Shown here piece after piece: positions 55,129 through 64,000 of a stretch of DNA of 64,000 nt. Both the position numbers and the translations under genes were made by a program. Under the pieces are notes generated by a model. It was not told the DNA's origin. It made no database searches and was given only the letters and a program-made list of their open reading frames with translations. Source of the stretch: Actinomycetota bacterium. Lineage in GTDB: Bacteria > Actinomycetota > Coriobacteriia > Anaerosomatales > D1FN1-002. The stretch covers positions 15,460-79,459 of the forward strand of contig JBBIJK010000003.1 in the NCBI GenBank assembly GCA_037445995.1, given 5' to 3'. How positions within the stretch are numbered: position 1 is the stretch's first letter; the number at the start of each line of letters is the position of its first letter.

Positions 55129-56094
55129 TCATACCTTTACCTCGGCGTCGTGAGGGACGCCCGCCGAGTCGATGGCGCGAAGCAGGCGGTTGCGCTCGAT
55201 CAGCGCGCTGAACGACACGCGCTCGGCAGCCAGGTTCATCGCGACGACGAGGGCAGCGAAGACCGCGAGCCAGAGCAGCGGGAGGGACAGCGCGACGAAG
55301 TAGCCGGCCAGCGCGCCCGCCGCGTTGGCCCCCGCGTCGCCCAGCATGGCTCGGCGCCTCGCGTCCAGCCCCCAGGACGCCGCCGCGGGGCCGACGAGGA
55401 TCAGGGCCAGCGACAGCGCCGCGACCACGGCCGTCGCCGGTGACGGCCACGCCTGCCGGGGGTCCAACGCCAGAGCGACGCATGCGAGCGCCGACAGCGC
55501 CACATACCCCTTCAGCGCTCTGCACGGCCTCAGGTCGAGCAGGTTGACGAGGTTCGCGGCGCCAGCCGTGGACGCAGCCGCCAGCGACCATGTCAGTGTC
55601 ACGGCGAGCGCTCCGGTCCCGTTGTCGAACGCCAGCGAGGACGTCTGGACGACGGCCAGGGCGACAAGGCCCGCAAGCTTCAAGGTGCCGGTGGTGAGCT
55701 CCCCCCGGGCCAGCGCGCCGAGGTGCCCTCGCAGGCCGCGCGAACCCGTGTCGCCGAAGGCGTCGTCCAGCAGCCCCAGGGCGAACGCGCCCACGACGAG
55801 GAAGAGCGGTGACGCGAAGACCGGCGCGACGGCGGCCGCGAGCAGCGGTCCGACAAGCGGGTCGTCCGCCGCCATGGCCGCCTCCGTCGTACCCCACACG
55901 GCAGCGAGGGTCGCGATGCACACAGCCCACGTCATCCACGCCACACCCAGCGCCCTGACCACGGGCTCGCCACGCCAGTTGGGGACGGTCAGGCCGCGTG
56001 AGGCAAGAGCGCGCACGAGCGCGCCGGCGACCAACCATGGGACGAGCCACGAGGCGGCCGCCTCCAGCGCGAGCCAGACCGCTGCGATCGTCAC
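55129..56094 (-). CDS. Divergent MraY/WecA-superfamily (GT4-type polyprenyl-phosphate sugar-phosphate transferase-like) membrane protein
   Basis: [10 protein letters not shown] and [14 protein letters not shown] resemble superfamily motifs, but the NxxNxxDGxDGL loop reads [14 protein letters not shown]. The GTG at 56094 overlaps the upstream stop (GTGA). The N-terminal 357 codons of track ORF 55129..57165 are rejected. Confidence 0.6.
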   Translation of the reverse strand: MTIAAVWLALEAAASWLVPWLVAGALVRALASRGLTVPNWRGEPVVRALGVAWMTWAVCIATLAAVWGTTEAAMAADDPLVGPLLAAAVAPVFASPLFLVVGAFALGLLDDAFGDTGSRGLRGHLGALARGELTTGTLKLAGLVALAVVQTSSLAFDNGTGALAVTLTWSLAAASTAGAANLVNLLDLRPCRALKGYVALSALACVALALDPRQAWPSPATAVVAALSLALILVGPAAASWGLDARRRAMLGDAGANAAGALAGYFVALSLPLLWLAVFAALVVAMNLAAERVSFSALIERNRLLRAIDSAGVPHDAEVKV

Positions 56095-57233
56095 CCCTCG
56101 CCCACCTCGCCTCCGCCGCTGGCCGCCACCAGCACCGCGCACGCCGCGAACAGCGCGAACAGCGCGGGGATAACCAGCCCCGAGTCCTCCACCAGGAGGG
56201 CCACGGGCATCGCCCACAGCAGACCGTCCAGAGCGGGCCGAAGCTCCGGCCGGAAGCGGAAGGCTCGCCGCATCGTGGGACCCGGCCTCATCCTCGCACG
56301 CAACAGCAGCGCGATGCCCGCGATGGGCACGAGCGACAACGGGGAGTATGTCAGGATGCTCCAGGAGGTCGCGAACCGCCCTGTGAGCGTGGCGGCGACA
56401 GACCCGGCGTCGCCCGAGGCGAGCGCGGCGAAGAACACCCCGATGTGGGTGGGCTCGGCCGAGCGCGAGTCCAGCCAGCCCAGGAGCGCGGCGAGGACCG
56501 TCGCCACGGCTGCGCTCCCCAAGGCGACAGCCCACCCGACGCGCAGACCCGACCGGCGCGTGAGGTAGACGCCGAGCCCCACGCCCCCCCACACCAGGGC
56601 GCCGAGGTTGGCCCCGAGTCCGGGCCAGGCGGCGATGAGAAGCGCGGCGGCTATCGCGATCCCGGCGACGGGCGCGCGCGAACGGCCAGCTCCTCCGCTG
56701 GCCGTCAGCGCGACACCGAGGAGCGCCCAAGCGAACGCGGCGGCCGCCGTCTCGTTGCCAAGACCGTACAGACGCATCCCCGCTGAGGGGTCGTATCCGA
56801 GCAGCGTGCGGGGGAACAGCGCGGCGCTCCACGGGAGTGCGAGCATCACGCCGGTCGCTGCGGCCCCCATCAGCAGCCCCATGACCCTCGCAGCCCGGTC
56901 TGGCCCGCCCCGGGTGGTGACCCACAGCACGACCGACCCCGCGACGATCGCCACCGTCGCGGCGGACACCGCTGCGGGCTCCGCGCCGAAGGGCACCAGA
57001 GCGGCCGGTGCCATCACGCCGAGAGGGATGCAGGCCAACGCGCGCGACAACTTGGGCGCCGACGGTCCGCGACCCGCGACAGCGAGCCACGCGGCGACGG
57101 CCACGGCGATGCCGCACGCGACCGTGAGCCCCATGAAGAACGGCCACCGGACCCGGGCCACCCACTCGGCCGGATCTGAAGCGAGCGCCGAGGCGGCGGA
57201 CAGACCCATGATCGTTGCCTCGACCGAGGACAT
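56091..57233 (-). CDS. Polytopic membrane protein of unknown function
   Basis: About 380 aa, A/G/L-rich, with at least 9 hydrophobic segments by eye. It contains MRLYGLGNETAAAAF and no motif that I recognise. It is coupled to the downstream MraY-like gene. Confidence 0.55.
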   Translation of the reverse strand: MSSVEATIMGLSAASALASDPAEWVARVRWPFFMGLTVACGIAVAVAAWLAVAGRGPSAPKLSRALACIPLGVMAPAALVPFGAEPAAVSAATVAIVAGSVVLWVTTRGGPDRAARVMGLLMGAAATGVMLALPWSAALFPRTLLGYDPSAGMRLYGLGNETAAAAFAWALLGVALTASGGAGRSRAPVAGIAIAAALLIAAWPGLGANLGALVWGGVGLGVYLTRRSGLRVGWAVALGSAAVATVLAALLGWLDSRSAEPTHIGVFFAALASGDAGSVAATLTGRFATSWSILTYSPLSLVPIAGIALLLRARMRPGPTMRRAFRFRPELRPALDGLLWAMPVALLVEDSGLVIPALFALFAACAVLVAASGGGEVGEG

Positions 57234-57401
57234 ATGCCAGTCTCCTGCGTGCGCGTCGGCGTGTCGCTGGCGGGGAACCGGCGCGGATGGCGGTCTCACG
57301 ACCGCGGCGAGCAGCGCCCGTGCGCAGTATATCGCAGGGCGGGCAGGCGGCTGACGTCGCGCCCGGGAACGCGCCGCCCTCGGCTACAATCGGTGCCGGC
57401 A

Positions 57402-59069
57402 GTGAAGCCCGCGATCCGGGGGTGCAGCATCAGCGGTCCATCCATCGCCCGCTCCACGGCCACGATGTCGATAGCCACGGCCCTGTCGCGCGTCACGGGC
57501 TTCATCCGCATGTGGGCGACCGCCTACGCGCTGGGTGCGACGGTGATGGCCAGCGCCTTCGGTGTGGCGAACAACGTCCCGAACATGATCTACGAGCTGG
57601 TCGCGGGCGGCATAATCTCGTCGCTGTTCATCCCGACCCTCATGGAGGTCAGGACGCGCGAGGGCGAGCAGGCCGCGTTCCTCTTCGCCAGCAGGCTGTT
57701 CAACCTCGCCGTCGTCACCCTGGGTGTGATCGCCGTCTTGGGCGCGGTGTGGCCCGGGCCGTTCATCTGGACGCAGACGTTCAGGTTGTCCGCAGGGGAT
57801 GCCGCCGGGGTACGGCCCTTGGCCGAGGCGTTCTTCGCGTTCTTCGCCGTGAAAGTGGTCCTCTACGGAGCTGGATCGGTCATCTCGGGTCTTCTCAGCT
57901 CCGAGCGCAAGTACCTGTGGGTGGCGCTGGGCCCGGTCTTCAACAACCTCGTCGCGATCGCCGCGCTCTACGCGTACACGGCGCTGTGGCAGCGCGACGA
58001 GCGGCTCGCGTTCACGGTGCTGGCGCTCGGGACGACTCTGGGTGTCGCGGTCATGTACGCGGTCCAGATCCCGTCTCTGGTCCGAAGCGGGTTCCGCTAC
58101 TCCTTCGGCTTCTCGCTGAGAGACCCGGGCATACGCCGGATGGCGAAGCTGGCGATCCCGACGATCGTGTACGTCGCGACGAACATGGCGGCCGTCTCCT
58201 TCCGCAACTCGTCGGCGTTCGCCGTCTCCCCCGAGGGTCCGGCGCAACTCATGTACGCGTGGACGTTCTACCAACTCCCCTACGGGATACTCGCCGTCTC
58301 GCTGACCACGGCCCTGTTCACCGAGCTGTCAGACGCCGCCGGACGCGCCGATTGGGACGCGTTCAGGCGCGACGTGTCAAGGGGGATGCGAAGCACCGCG
58401 GTACTCATCTTGCCGATGGCCGCGATGCTGGTCGCGCTGGCCACGCCACTCGTGGGCCTGTACCAGGTGGGGCGCTTCGACGCCGGGTCGGTCGCACCCG
58501 TGGCCTCCGCGTTGCGTTGGTGGGGGCTGACGCTTGTCTTCTTCGCGACCACCATGTTCCTTCTGCGCACGTTCTACTCGCTCAAGGACACGCGGACCCC
58601 CATGGCGGTGAACTTGGTCCTCACCACCGTGCAGATCGGCCTGTACACGGTGCTGAGCACCGGTCTTGGGAGCTGGGCGGGGCTCGGGCTGGACGGGCTG
58701 CCGATCGCGGACGCGGTGTTCTTCGCTCTGTCGGCGCTGGTGCTGACTGTGCTCCTGAAAAGACGGGTCGGTGACTGGGGGTTCGGCGGCGTGACCCTGA
58801 CGTACGGCAAGACGCTCATCGCGTCTGCTGCCGGCGGGCTGGTGGCCTGGGCTGTCGCCGGCGCCCTCACAGGCGCGGCCGCGGGACCGGCTGGCTCCCT
58901 GCTGCAGACTGCTGCCGGAGGCACCGCGGGTCTCGCGGTCGCCTACGCGCTGTCGGCCGCGATGCGTGTCCCGGAGTTGGACTCGATGCGGCGGCTGGTC
59001 GCAGCGAGGTTCGGGTCCCGTCGCCTGCCCGCGGTGCCCGATCTACCGGCGGAGGACCCGGATGAGTGA
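57402..59069 (+). CDS. murJ: MurJ/MviN-family lipid-linked-glycan flippase
   Basis: SIATALSRVTGFIRMWATAYALGATVMASAFGVANNVPNMIYELVAGG is a typical MurJ N-terminus. The start is uncertain: GTG 57402 or ATG 57465. Confidence 0.85.
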   Translation: MKPAIRGCSISGPSIARSTATMSIATALSRVTGFIRMWATAYALGATVMASAFGVANNVPNMIYELVAGGIISSLFIPTLMEVRTREGEQAAFLFASRLFNLAVVTLGVIAVLGAVWPGPFIWTQTFRLSAGDAAGVRPLAEAFFAFFAVKVVLYGAGSVISGLLSSERKYLWVALGPVFNNLVAIAALYAYTALWQRDERLAFTVLALGTTLGVAVMYAVQIPSLVRSGFRYSFGFSLRDPGIRRMAKLAIPTIVYVATNMAAVSFRNSSAFAVSPEGPAQLMYAWTFYQLPYGILAVSLTTALFTELSDAAGRADWDAFRRDVSRGMRSTAVLILPMAAMLVALATPLVGLYQVGRFDAGSVAPVASALRWWGLTLVFFATTMFLLRTFYSLKDTRTPMAVNLVLTTVQIGLYTVLSTGLGSWAGLGLDGLPIADAVFFALSALVLTVLLKRRVGDWGFGGVTLTYGKTLIASAAGGLVAWAVAGALTGAAAGPAGSLLQTAAGGTAGLAVAYALSAAMRVPELDSMRRLVAARFGSRRLPAVPDLPAEDPDE

Positions 59070-59748
59070 CCCCGGGGTCACTGTGCTGATCCCGGCGCGA
59101 AACGAGTCGGACCGGATAGCGCAGACGATCGCCGCGTGCCGGGAGATCCCCGGGGTGCGGACGGTCATCGTCAGCGACGACGCCTCCGTCGACGACACCG
59201 CGCGCGCGGCCGCCGAAGCCGGCGCCACCGTCGTGTCGCTCGAGCGAAGAAGCGGCAAAGGTCAGGCACTGAACGCGGCGCTGGCGGTCGCGAAGGACCA
59301 ATACGACGTCCTGCTGCTGCTCGATGCCGACATCGGCGTCAGCGCCATCCACGCCCGCGACCTGGTGTCGGCCGTGCGCGCCGCCACGGCGGACCTGGCC
59401 GTCGCGGTCCTCCCTCCGCCACCCGGCCGCGGAGGCCTCGGGACCGTGGTGGGTCTGGCCCGGTGGGCGATACACCGCATGACCGGCTTCCGGCCAAGGG
59501 CGCCGCTCTCCGGTCAGCGCGCCCTTTCCTCAGCGGCTGTCGAGCGCCTCACCCCGTTCGAACGCGGGTACGGCGTGGAGGTCGCCATGACAGTGCGCGC
59601 CCTGCGCGCTGGGTTGCGGGTCGTGGAGGTCGACGTCCCCATGTCGCACAGGTACACCGCCCGCGACCTGCCCGGTTTCGGGCATCGCGGTAAGCAGCTG
59701 CTGCATGTGGCCGTGACGCTCGCCCGCCTCCTGCTGGAGAGACGCTAG
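59062..59748 (+). CDS. Family 2 glycosyltransferase
   Basis: VTVLIPARNESDRI, VSDDASVDDT and LLLDADIG. The start overlaps the murJ 3' end by 8 nt. Confidence 0.8.
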   Translation: MSDPGVTVLIPARNESDRIAQTIAACREIPGVRTVIVSDDASVDDTARAAAEAGATVVSLERRSGKGQALNAALAVAKDQYDVLLLLDADIGVSAIHARDLVSAVRAATADLAVAVLPPPPGRGGLGTVVGLARWAIHRMTGFRPRAPLSGQRALSSAAVERLTPFERGYGVEVAMTVRALRAGLRVVEVDVPMSHRYTARDLPGFGHRGKQLLHVAVTLARLLLERR

Positions 59749-60611
59749 CGTCGGATCTCCGGGAAGCGGGCGGAGGCTCCCTCGCCGACTCCGAAGTAGC
59801 CCGTCACGCCGCGCGCGAGGATCCAGACCACGGACAGCGCCCCCTCGGGCCGGTCCGCGTGGTCCACTCCTGACAGCCCCGCGGCCACCAGGGCGTCTAC
59901 AGCCCCGGTCTCCTGCCCGGTGACCTCAGCCCCGAGCACGGGGAGACCCGCCTCCGCGGCCGCCCTGGCGATCGCCAGGGCGAAGGGCTCGGTCGTGACT
60001 TCCTCGGACGCGACGACCACGATGCCGCTGACAGCCGCCCCTTCCGTCAACGCGCGGGCGCCGATCCCCCCCGCGGCGTCCAGGGCTCGTGTCAGCGGCA
60101 TGACGCCGGTCCCCTCCCACTCGGCCACCAGCGCGACGGCCACGCGCTCCGGCAGCGCACCCACGGTCGAGGGAACCGAACCGGACGTCGCGCTCCGGAG
60201 CGCCGGGGCGATCGCATCCCGGACCGCGCCGTCGTCGAGCGCGGCACCGGGCTTCCGGATGGTGACCAACACCGGCGTTCCGCCCGCGGCGCTCACGGCC
60301 GCCTGGACAGCGGCTGCGGCATCGGTGCGGCCCGTGGCGGCGACCACCGCCACCGTCCGGCCCTCCAGCTCTCCGGCCACCACGTAGTCGATGGTCTGCC
60401 TCGCAAGGGTGCGAGCCGACTCCGCCTCGTCGCGCAGTCCAGCGTTCGCGTCGGAGAGCTGGGCGAACTCCCCTCTGAGGCTCTCCACGAGCGTGCGCTT
60501 CTGCGCGTCGAGCACGCCGCGCTCCACGACGACGGTCCCGAGCACCAGGCCCACGGCCAGCGCCAGGAAGACAGACACCAGCGAGGCGATGTGGTATCGC
60601 AGGTTGTACAA
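59745..60611 (-). CDS. steB: SteB / MctB-family (so-called copper transporter family) bitopic protein
   Basis: (L)YNLRYHIASLVSVFLALAVGLVLG N-terminus typical of the family. I chose the TTG at 60611 because GGGAGGG lies 8 nt upstream. The track ORF extends to 60644. Confidence 0.7.
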   Translation of the reverse strand: MYNLRYHIASLVSVFLALAVGLVLGTVVVERGVLDAQKRTLVESLRGEFAQLSDANAGLRDEAESARTLARQTIDYVVAGELEGRTVAVVAATGRTDAAAAVQAAVSAAGGTPVLVTIRKPGAALDDGAVRDAIAPALRSATSGSVPSTVGALPERVAVALVAEWEGTGVMPLTRALDAAGGIGARALTEGAAVSGIVVVASEEVTTEPFALAIARAAAEAGLPVLGAEVTGQETGAVDALVAAGLSGVDHADRPEGALSVVWILARGVTGYFGVGEGASARFPEIRR

Positions 60612-60628
60612 GCCGCCAGCCCTCCCGC

Positions 60629-61750
60629 TTAGACGCCCACCCACGCCCGCAAGCGTAGCAGCACGAGCCCCAGCATCGCACGGACGTCGTTGGAGATGAA
60701 CACGATCACCGCGAACACGGCCAGCGCCGCGAGCACGATCAGCACGAGGTCACGCGGGCCGGGCGACGAGCGGTAAAGCTTGTTCACTCCCTTGGCGTCC
60801 ACCAGCCGCTGTCCCACCTTGAGCCTGACAAGGAACGTCGAGGCCATGCCCTTGCGGTTCTTGTCCATCATCTCATGCAGGTTGACGTGAGTCCCGACCG
60901 CGACGATCAGATCCGCGCCGGACTCGTACGCCAACAGCAGAGCGAGGTCCTCGCTGGTCCCCGCCGACGCCCACGATCCGCCGTCCAGGCCCAGCGCGTC
61001 CAACCGCTCCCTGCCCGGGCACCGGCCGTCCGGGTACGCGTGGACGATGAGTTCGGCTCCGCTCCGAAGCGCTTCGTCCGAGACGGAGTCCATGTCGCCG
61101 ATGATGACGTCCGGGGCGAATCCTGCCTCCAGCAAAGCGTCCGCTCCGCCGTCCACTCCGATCAGGACCGGGCGGACCTCCCTGACATAGGGCACGAGCG
61201 CCCGCAGGTCCTCGCGATAGTCGTGGCCGCGCACGACGACCAGGACGTGCCTGCCCGCGATATGCACGCGGGTGACCGGCACGTCGGCTCCTTCGGTCAG
61301 AAGGGACTTCTCCCTTTCGAGAAACTCGATGGTGTTGCGCGCGAACGCGTCCAGGCTCTCCCCCACGCCCTCGCGAGCCTGCTCCATGGCTGACTCGATG
61401 CTCTCGACGGTCAGCACCTGACCGGTGGCGACACGCTCCCGGCCGAGCCAGACGACGCCGGCGTCCACCACGACCTCGTCGCCGTCGCGCAGCCGTTCGA
61501 AGACCGCCGGACCCGCCGCGTCAACGAGCCTCACCCCCGCTCTGGCCAGGATCAACGCCCCGAGCGCCGGATACGCCCCGCTGAGCGAGCTCGCGGCGTT
61601 GACGACGACTTCGACGCCGGATGCGACCAGCGCCTCGGCGGTCACGCGGTCGATGTCCTCGTGGTCGATGACGGCGACGTCGTCGGCCCCGAGCCTCCTG
61701 ACCAGGTCCTTGGTACGTCTGCCGAGGCGAGCCGTGCCCTGATACCTCAT
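60629..61750 (-). CDS. steA: Putative cytokinetic-ring-associated protein SteA
   Basis: GTARLGRRTKDLVRRLGADDVAVIDHEDIDRVTAEALV...VVNAASSLSGAYP, with a C-terminal TM segment. It shows the conserved recN-steA-steB-...-pyrG neighbourhood of Actinobacteria. Confidence 0.8.
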   Translation of the reverse strand: MRYQGTARLGRRTKDLVRRLGADDVAVIDHEDIDRVTAEALVASGVEVVVNAASSLSGAYPALGALILARAGVRLVDAAGPAVFERLRDGDEVVVDAGVVWLGRERVATGQVLTVESIESAMEQAREGVGESLDAFARNTIEFLEREKSLLTEGADVPVTRVHIAGRHVLVVVRGHDYREDLRALVPYVREVRPVLIGVDGGADALLEAGFAPDVIIGDMDSVSDEALRSGAELIVHAYPDGRCPGRERLDALGLDGGSWASAGTSEDLALLLAYESGADLIVAVGTHVNLHEMMDKNRKGMASTFLVRLKVGQRLVDAKGVNKLYRSSPGPRDLVLIVLAALAVFAVIVFISNDVRAMLGLVLLRLRAWVGV

Positions 61751-63375
61751 CGCCCGCTCGCTCTCTGTGCGCCGTCCAGCAACTCCCGGGCGTGGACCAT
61801 CACGGCCTCGGAGTCCCCGCCCGACAGCATCCTGGCTATCTCGGACACCCGCTCGAGCCCCTCCACCGCCCGCACCGTCGTGAACGAGCGGCCGTCGCGC
61901 TGCTCCTTGGCGACGACAAGCTGGCGGTCGGCGTACGCGGCGACCTGCGCGAGGTGCGTGACCACGAGGACCTGCCGCTGCCCGGCCAGTGCCGCGAGCC
62001 TCCTCCCCACCGCGTGGGCCGTCGCTCCGCCGATACCTGCGTCGACCTCGTCAAAGACCAGCACCCCAGGCCCGCCGTCCCGGCCCAGCACGCCCTTGAG
62101 CGCCAGCATCACGCGCGAGACCTCGCCTCCCGACGCGATCTTGGCCAGCGGTCTGGGCGCCTCGCCCTCGCTGCCGCTGAACAGGAATTCGACCCCGCCT
62201 GGACCCTCCGGCCCCCACCTGTCCGGTGAGGGGTCCTCGAACAGGACGTCGAAGCGGGCCGCGGGCATGCCGAGGTCGGCGGCGGCGAGGGCCAGGTCCT
62301 CGAAGAAGCCGGGAACCGCCGTTCGCCTCCGCTCGATCAGCGCCCGCCCGCACCTGTCAAGTTCCGCTTTGGCCGTGCCTACGGCCCGCGCCGCCTCCTC
62401 AGGACCTGAGGCGTCTCCACTGAGTGAGCTCACGAGAGCGGCCGCCTCCGCCCTTCTCGCGATCACCTCCGACAGGGTGGGTCCGTACGCCCGCTTGAGG
62501 CGGTACAGGGCGTCCAGACGCGTCTCGGCCGCGTCGAGGTCCCCGGGATCGCAGTGCGCTGCCTCCGCCCGGGCCGCGACCTCTCTGGCCAGCTCCGAGA
62601 GCACGGCCGAGGACTCCGAGACCCTGTCGGCGAGTTCGTCGAGGGCGGGGTCGAGCGCGCGGGCACGCGACAGCGACGCGGCAGCCTCGGCCACCCCGTC
62701 CTCGGCCCCATGGTCTCCACGGAGAAGGTCCCGGGCATGCGACAGGATCTCGGCGAGCCGGTCGGCGTTGCGCATCGCGGGAAGACGTCGCTCCAGGACC
62801 TCGTCCTCGGCCTCGGCGGGAGCCACCGCGTCGATGTCGGCGACGATCCGCTTGGCCTCCTCCAGATGACGCCGCGCCTCCTCCGCGTCTCCGGCGAGCG
62901 CCTCGGCGCGAACCAGCGCCTCGCGATACGCGGCGTAGGCGACCGCGTACTCCCGGCGCTCGGACTCCGCTTTGGCGTACCGGTCCAGGTGGAGCGCGTG
63001 ACCCGAGGGAAACAGGAGCGACTGGTGCTCATGCTGGCCGTGGAGGTCGACCAGCGGACCCAGCGCCTGCTCGAGGGCGCCTACGGTGACCATCTCGTCC
63101 CCCAGGACGCAGCGGGACCTCCCCTGCGCGCTCACCCGGCGTTTGGCGATCAGGTCCGGCCCGTCCGTCGAGAAGCGCCCCTCGACCACGGCTTCGGCTG
63201 CTCCCGCTCTCACGAGGCCGGCGTCCGCCCGCTCGCCCACAAGGAGCTGCAGCGCCTCCACCAGAGCCGTCTTCCCGGCGCCTGTCTCGCCGGTCAGGGC
63301 GGTCATGCCAGGACCGAACTCGAGCCACACGTCCTCGATCAGCGCGAGGTCCCTGACGTGCAGCTCCTCCAGCAC
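61747..63375 (-). CDS. recN: DNA repair protein RecN
   Basis: VLEELHVRDLALIEDVWLEFGPGMTALTGETGAGKT. The GTG at 63375 lies 1 nt after the nadK TGA. Confidence 0.92.
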   Translation of the reverse strand: MLEELHVRDLALIEDVWLEFGPGMTALTGETGAGKTALVEALQLLVGERADAGLVRAGAAEAVVEGRFSTDGPDLIAKRRVSAQGRSRCVLGDEMVTVGALEQALGPLVDLHGQHEHQSLLFPSGHALHLDRYAKAESERREYAVAYAAYREALVRAEALAGDAEEARRHLEEAKRIVADIDAVAPAEAEDEVLERRLPAMRNADRLAEILSHARDLLRGDHGAEDGVAEAAASLSRARALDPALDELADRVSESSAVLSELAREVAARAEAAHCDPGDLDAAETRLDALYRLKRAYGPTLSEVIARRAEAAALVSSLSGDASGPEEAARAVGTAKAELDRCGRALIERRRTAVPGFFEDLALAAADLGMPAARFDVLFEDPSPDRWGPEGPGGVEFLFSGSEGEAPRPLAKIASGGEVSRVMLALKGVLGRDGGPGVLVFDEVDAGIGGATAHAVGRRLAALAGQRQVLVVTHLAQVAAYADRQLVVAKEQRDGRSFTTVRAVEGLERVSEIARMLSGGDSEAVMVHARELLDGAQRASGR

Positions 63376-63376
63376 G

Positions 63377-64000
63377 TCAGCTACCGAGGAACTCGTCGCG
63401 GTACGCCTCGAAGAAGCCCCGCGCATCGTGCCGGACCAGGAGGACATCCGAGGCATGCCGCGTCACGGACAGAGAACGCACGGGGCCCTCCGGACAAGCG
63501 AACGGCTCTCCGTCGACCATCAGGACGCCGTCTGACCTCGCGGGATCGGTGAACGCCACCTCCACAAGGTCGCTCGGGCCGGCCAGCAGCGGGCGCGTCC
63601 CTACCGCGTGCGCCGCGACGGGCAGCACCAGCACCGCCCGCACGTCCGGCGAGACGACCGGGCCGCCGGCGGACAGCGCGTAGGCCGTGGAGCCGGTCGG
63701 GGTCGCAACGACGACGCCGTCGCAACGGTATCTGCCCACCTCGGCCCCGTTGAGCGCCACCGCGACGGCGACCGACCGGGCGCCCCCGCCGCGGCCCAGG
63801 AAGACCTCGTTGAGGGCGCGGCGCGACACCCTTGGGCCGGAGTCAGGCTGGGCCTCCACCCGCAGCGTCATGCGCCTCTCGATCCGCGCCTCGCCCGCGA
63901 GGGCCGACTCCAGCGCGTCGAACATGTCGTCCTCGGTGGCTCCGGACATGAAGCCCAGGTTGCCCAGGTGCACCCCGAGCACGGGGACCTCCGCGTCCTC
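63377..64000 (-). CDS. nadK: NAD kinase, C-terminal part. The N-terminus lies beyond the right edge of the window.
   Basis: NEVFLGRG and DGVVVATPTGSTAYALSAGGP. The frame is open to the window end. Confidence 0.88.
   Translation of the reverse strand, partial: EDAEVPVLGVHLGNLGFMSGATEDDMFDALESALAGEARIERRMTLRVEAQPDSGPRVSRRALNEVFLGRGGGARSVAVAVALNGAEVGRYRCDGVVVATPTGSTAYALSAGGPVVSPDVRAVLVLPVAAHAVGTRPLLAGPSDLVEVAFTDPARSDGVLMVDGEPFACPEGPVRSLSVTRHASDVLLVRHDARGFFEAYRDEFLGS

Noticed and set aside
59745-60644. Taking the MctB-family label at face value and calling the gene a copper efflux or outer-membrane copper transporter.
   Set aside because: The protein is a bitopic protein paired with steA downstream of recN. 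That context fits the division-associated SteB role better, and no copper-binding motifs are evident.
1-64000. Scan of all intergenic spacers of 60 nt or more (606-771, 10301-10499, 13753-14023, 22014-22109, 24909-24995, 28710-29025, 30465-30604, 31682-31861, 47290-47622, 47758-47865, 57234-57401) for tRNA, rRNA, tmRNA, transposase ends or defence genes.
   Set aside because: I could not recognise any cloverleaf-compatible sequences, rRNA-like stretches, terminal inverted repeats or defence-type domains. The spacers are explained by promoters, leaders and hairpins.

Overview
The window is a very GC-rich, gene-dense stretch of chromosomal core, with about 85% of the coding sequence on the minus strand. 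The gene order is Actinomycetota-like: there is no ftsA, SepF, DivIVA and SteA/SteB are present, and ileS follows divIVA.

Gene content from left to right:
- Lipid and translation block: fabH (partial), mnmA, plsX, rpmF, yceD-like, coaD, rsmD, recG, DegV/FakB-like, DAK2/FakA-like, asp23, rpmB.
- A GAF/HD-GYP protein.
- A thiamine salvage operon (thiT-thiN) behind a probable TPP riboswitch.
- A secreted S8 protease with three CWB2 wall-binding repeats, next to an OmpR/HK pair and a REC-PAS plus CheY-like pair.
- rluD, lspA, dksA-like and ileS.
- A complete division/cell-wall region: mraZ, rsmH, ftsL-like, ftsI, murE, murF, mraY, murD, ftsW, murG, murC, murB, ftsQ, an L,D-transpeptidase, ftsZ, pgeF, phoU, ylmE, sepF, proC, yggT, divIVA.
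- A DUF4349 lipoprotein.
- pyrG, an M20 peptidase, a DUF3866-like gene, ald and xerD.
- An envelope-glycan-like module: a divergent MraY/WecA-like protein, a polytopic membrane protein, murJ and a GT2.
- steB, steA, recN and nadK (partial).

I found no rRNA or tRNA genes, CRISPR arrays, transposases, prophage genes or recognisable defence genes.

The least-explained parts are:
- the translationally coupled divergent MraY-like/polytopic pair facing murJ-GT2 (55.1-59.7 kb);
- the M20-DUF3866-ald unit (50.1-53.5 kb);
- non-canonical insertions in the division cluster (L,D-transpeptidase, phoU, proC);
- periodic GTGGGATG boxes in the mraZ promoter.

Gene starts were refined from the ORF track by counting codons and checking SD sequences and overlaps. 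Coordinates of non-ORF features are hand-derived and may be off by a few nt. All family assignments rest on motif recognition by eye, not on searches.
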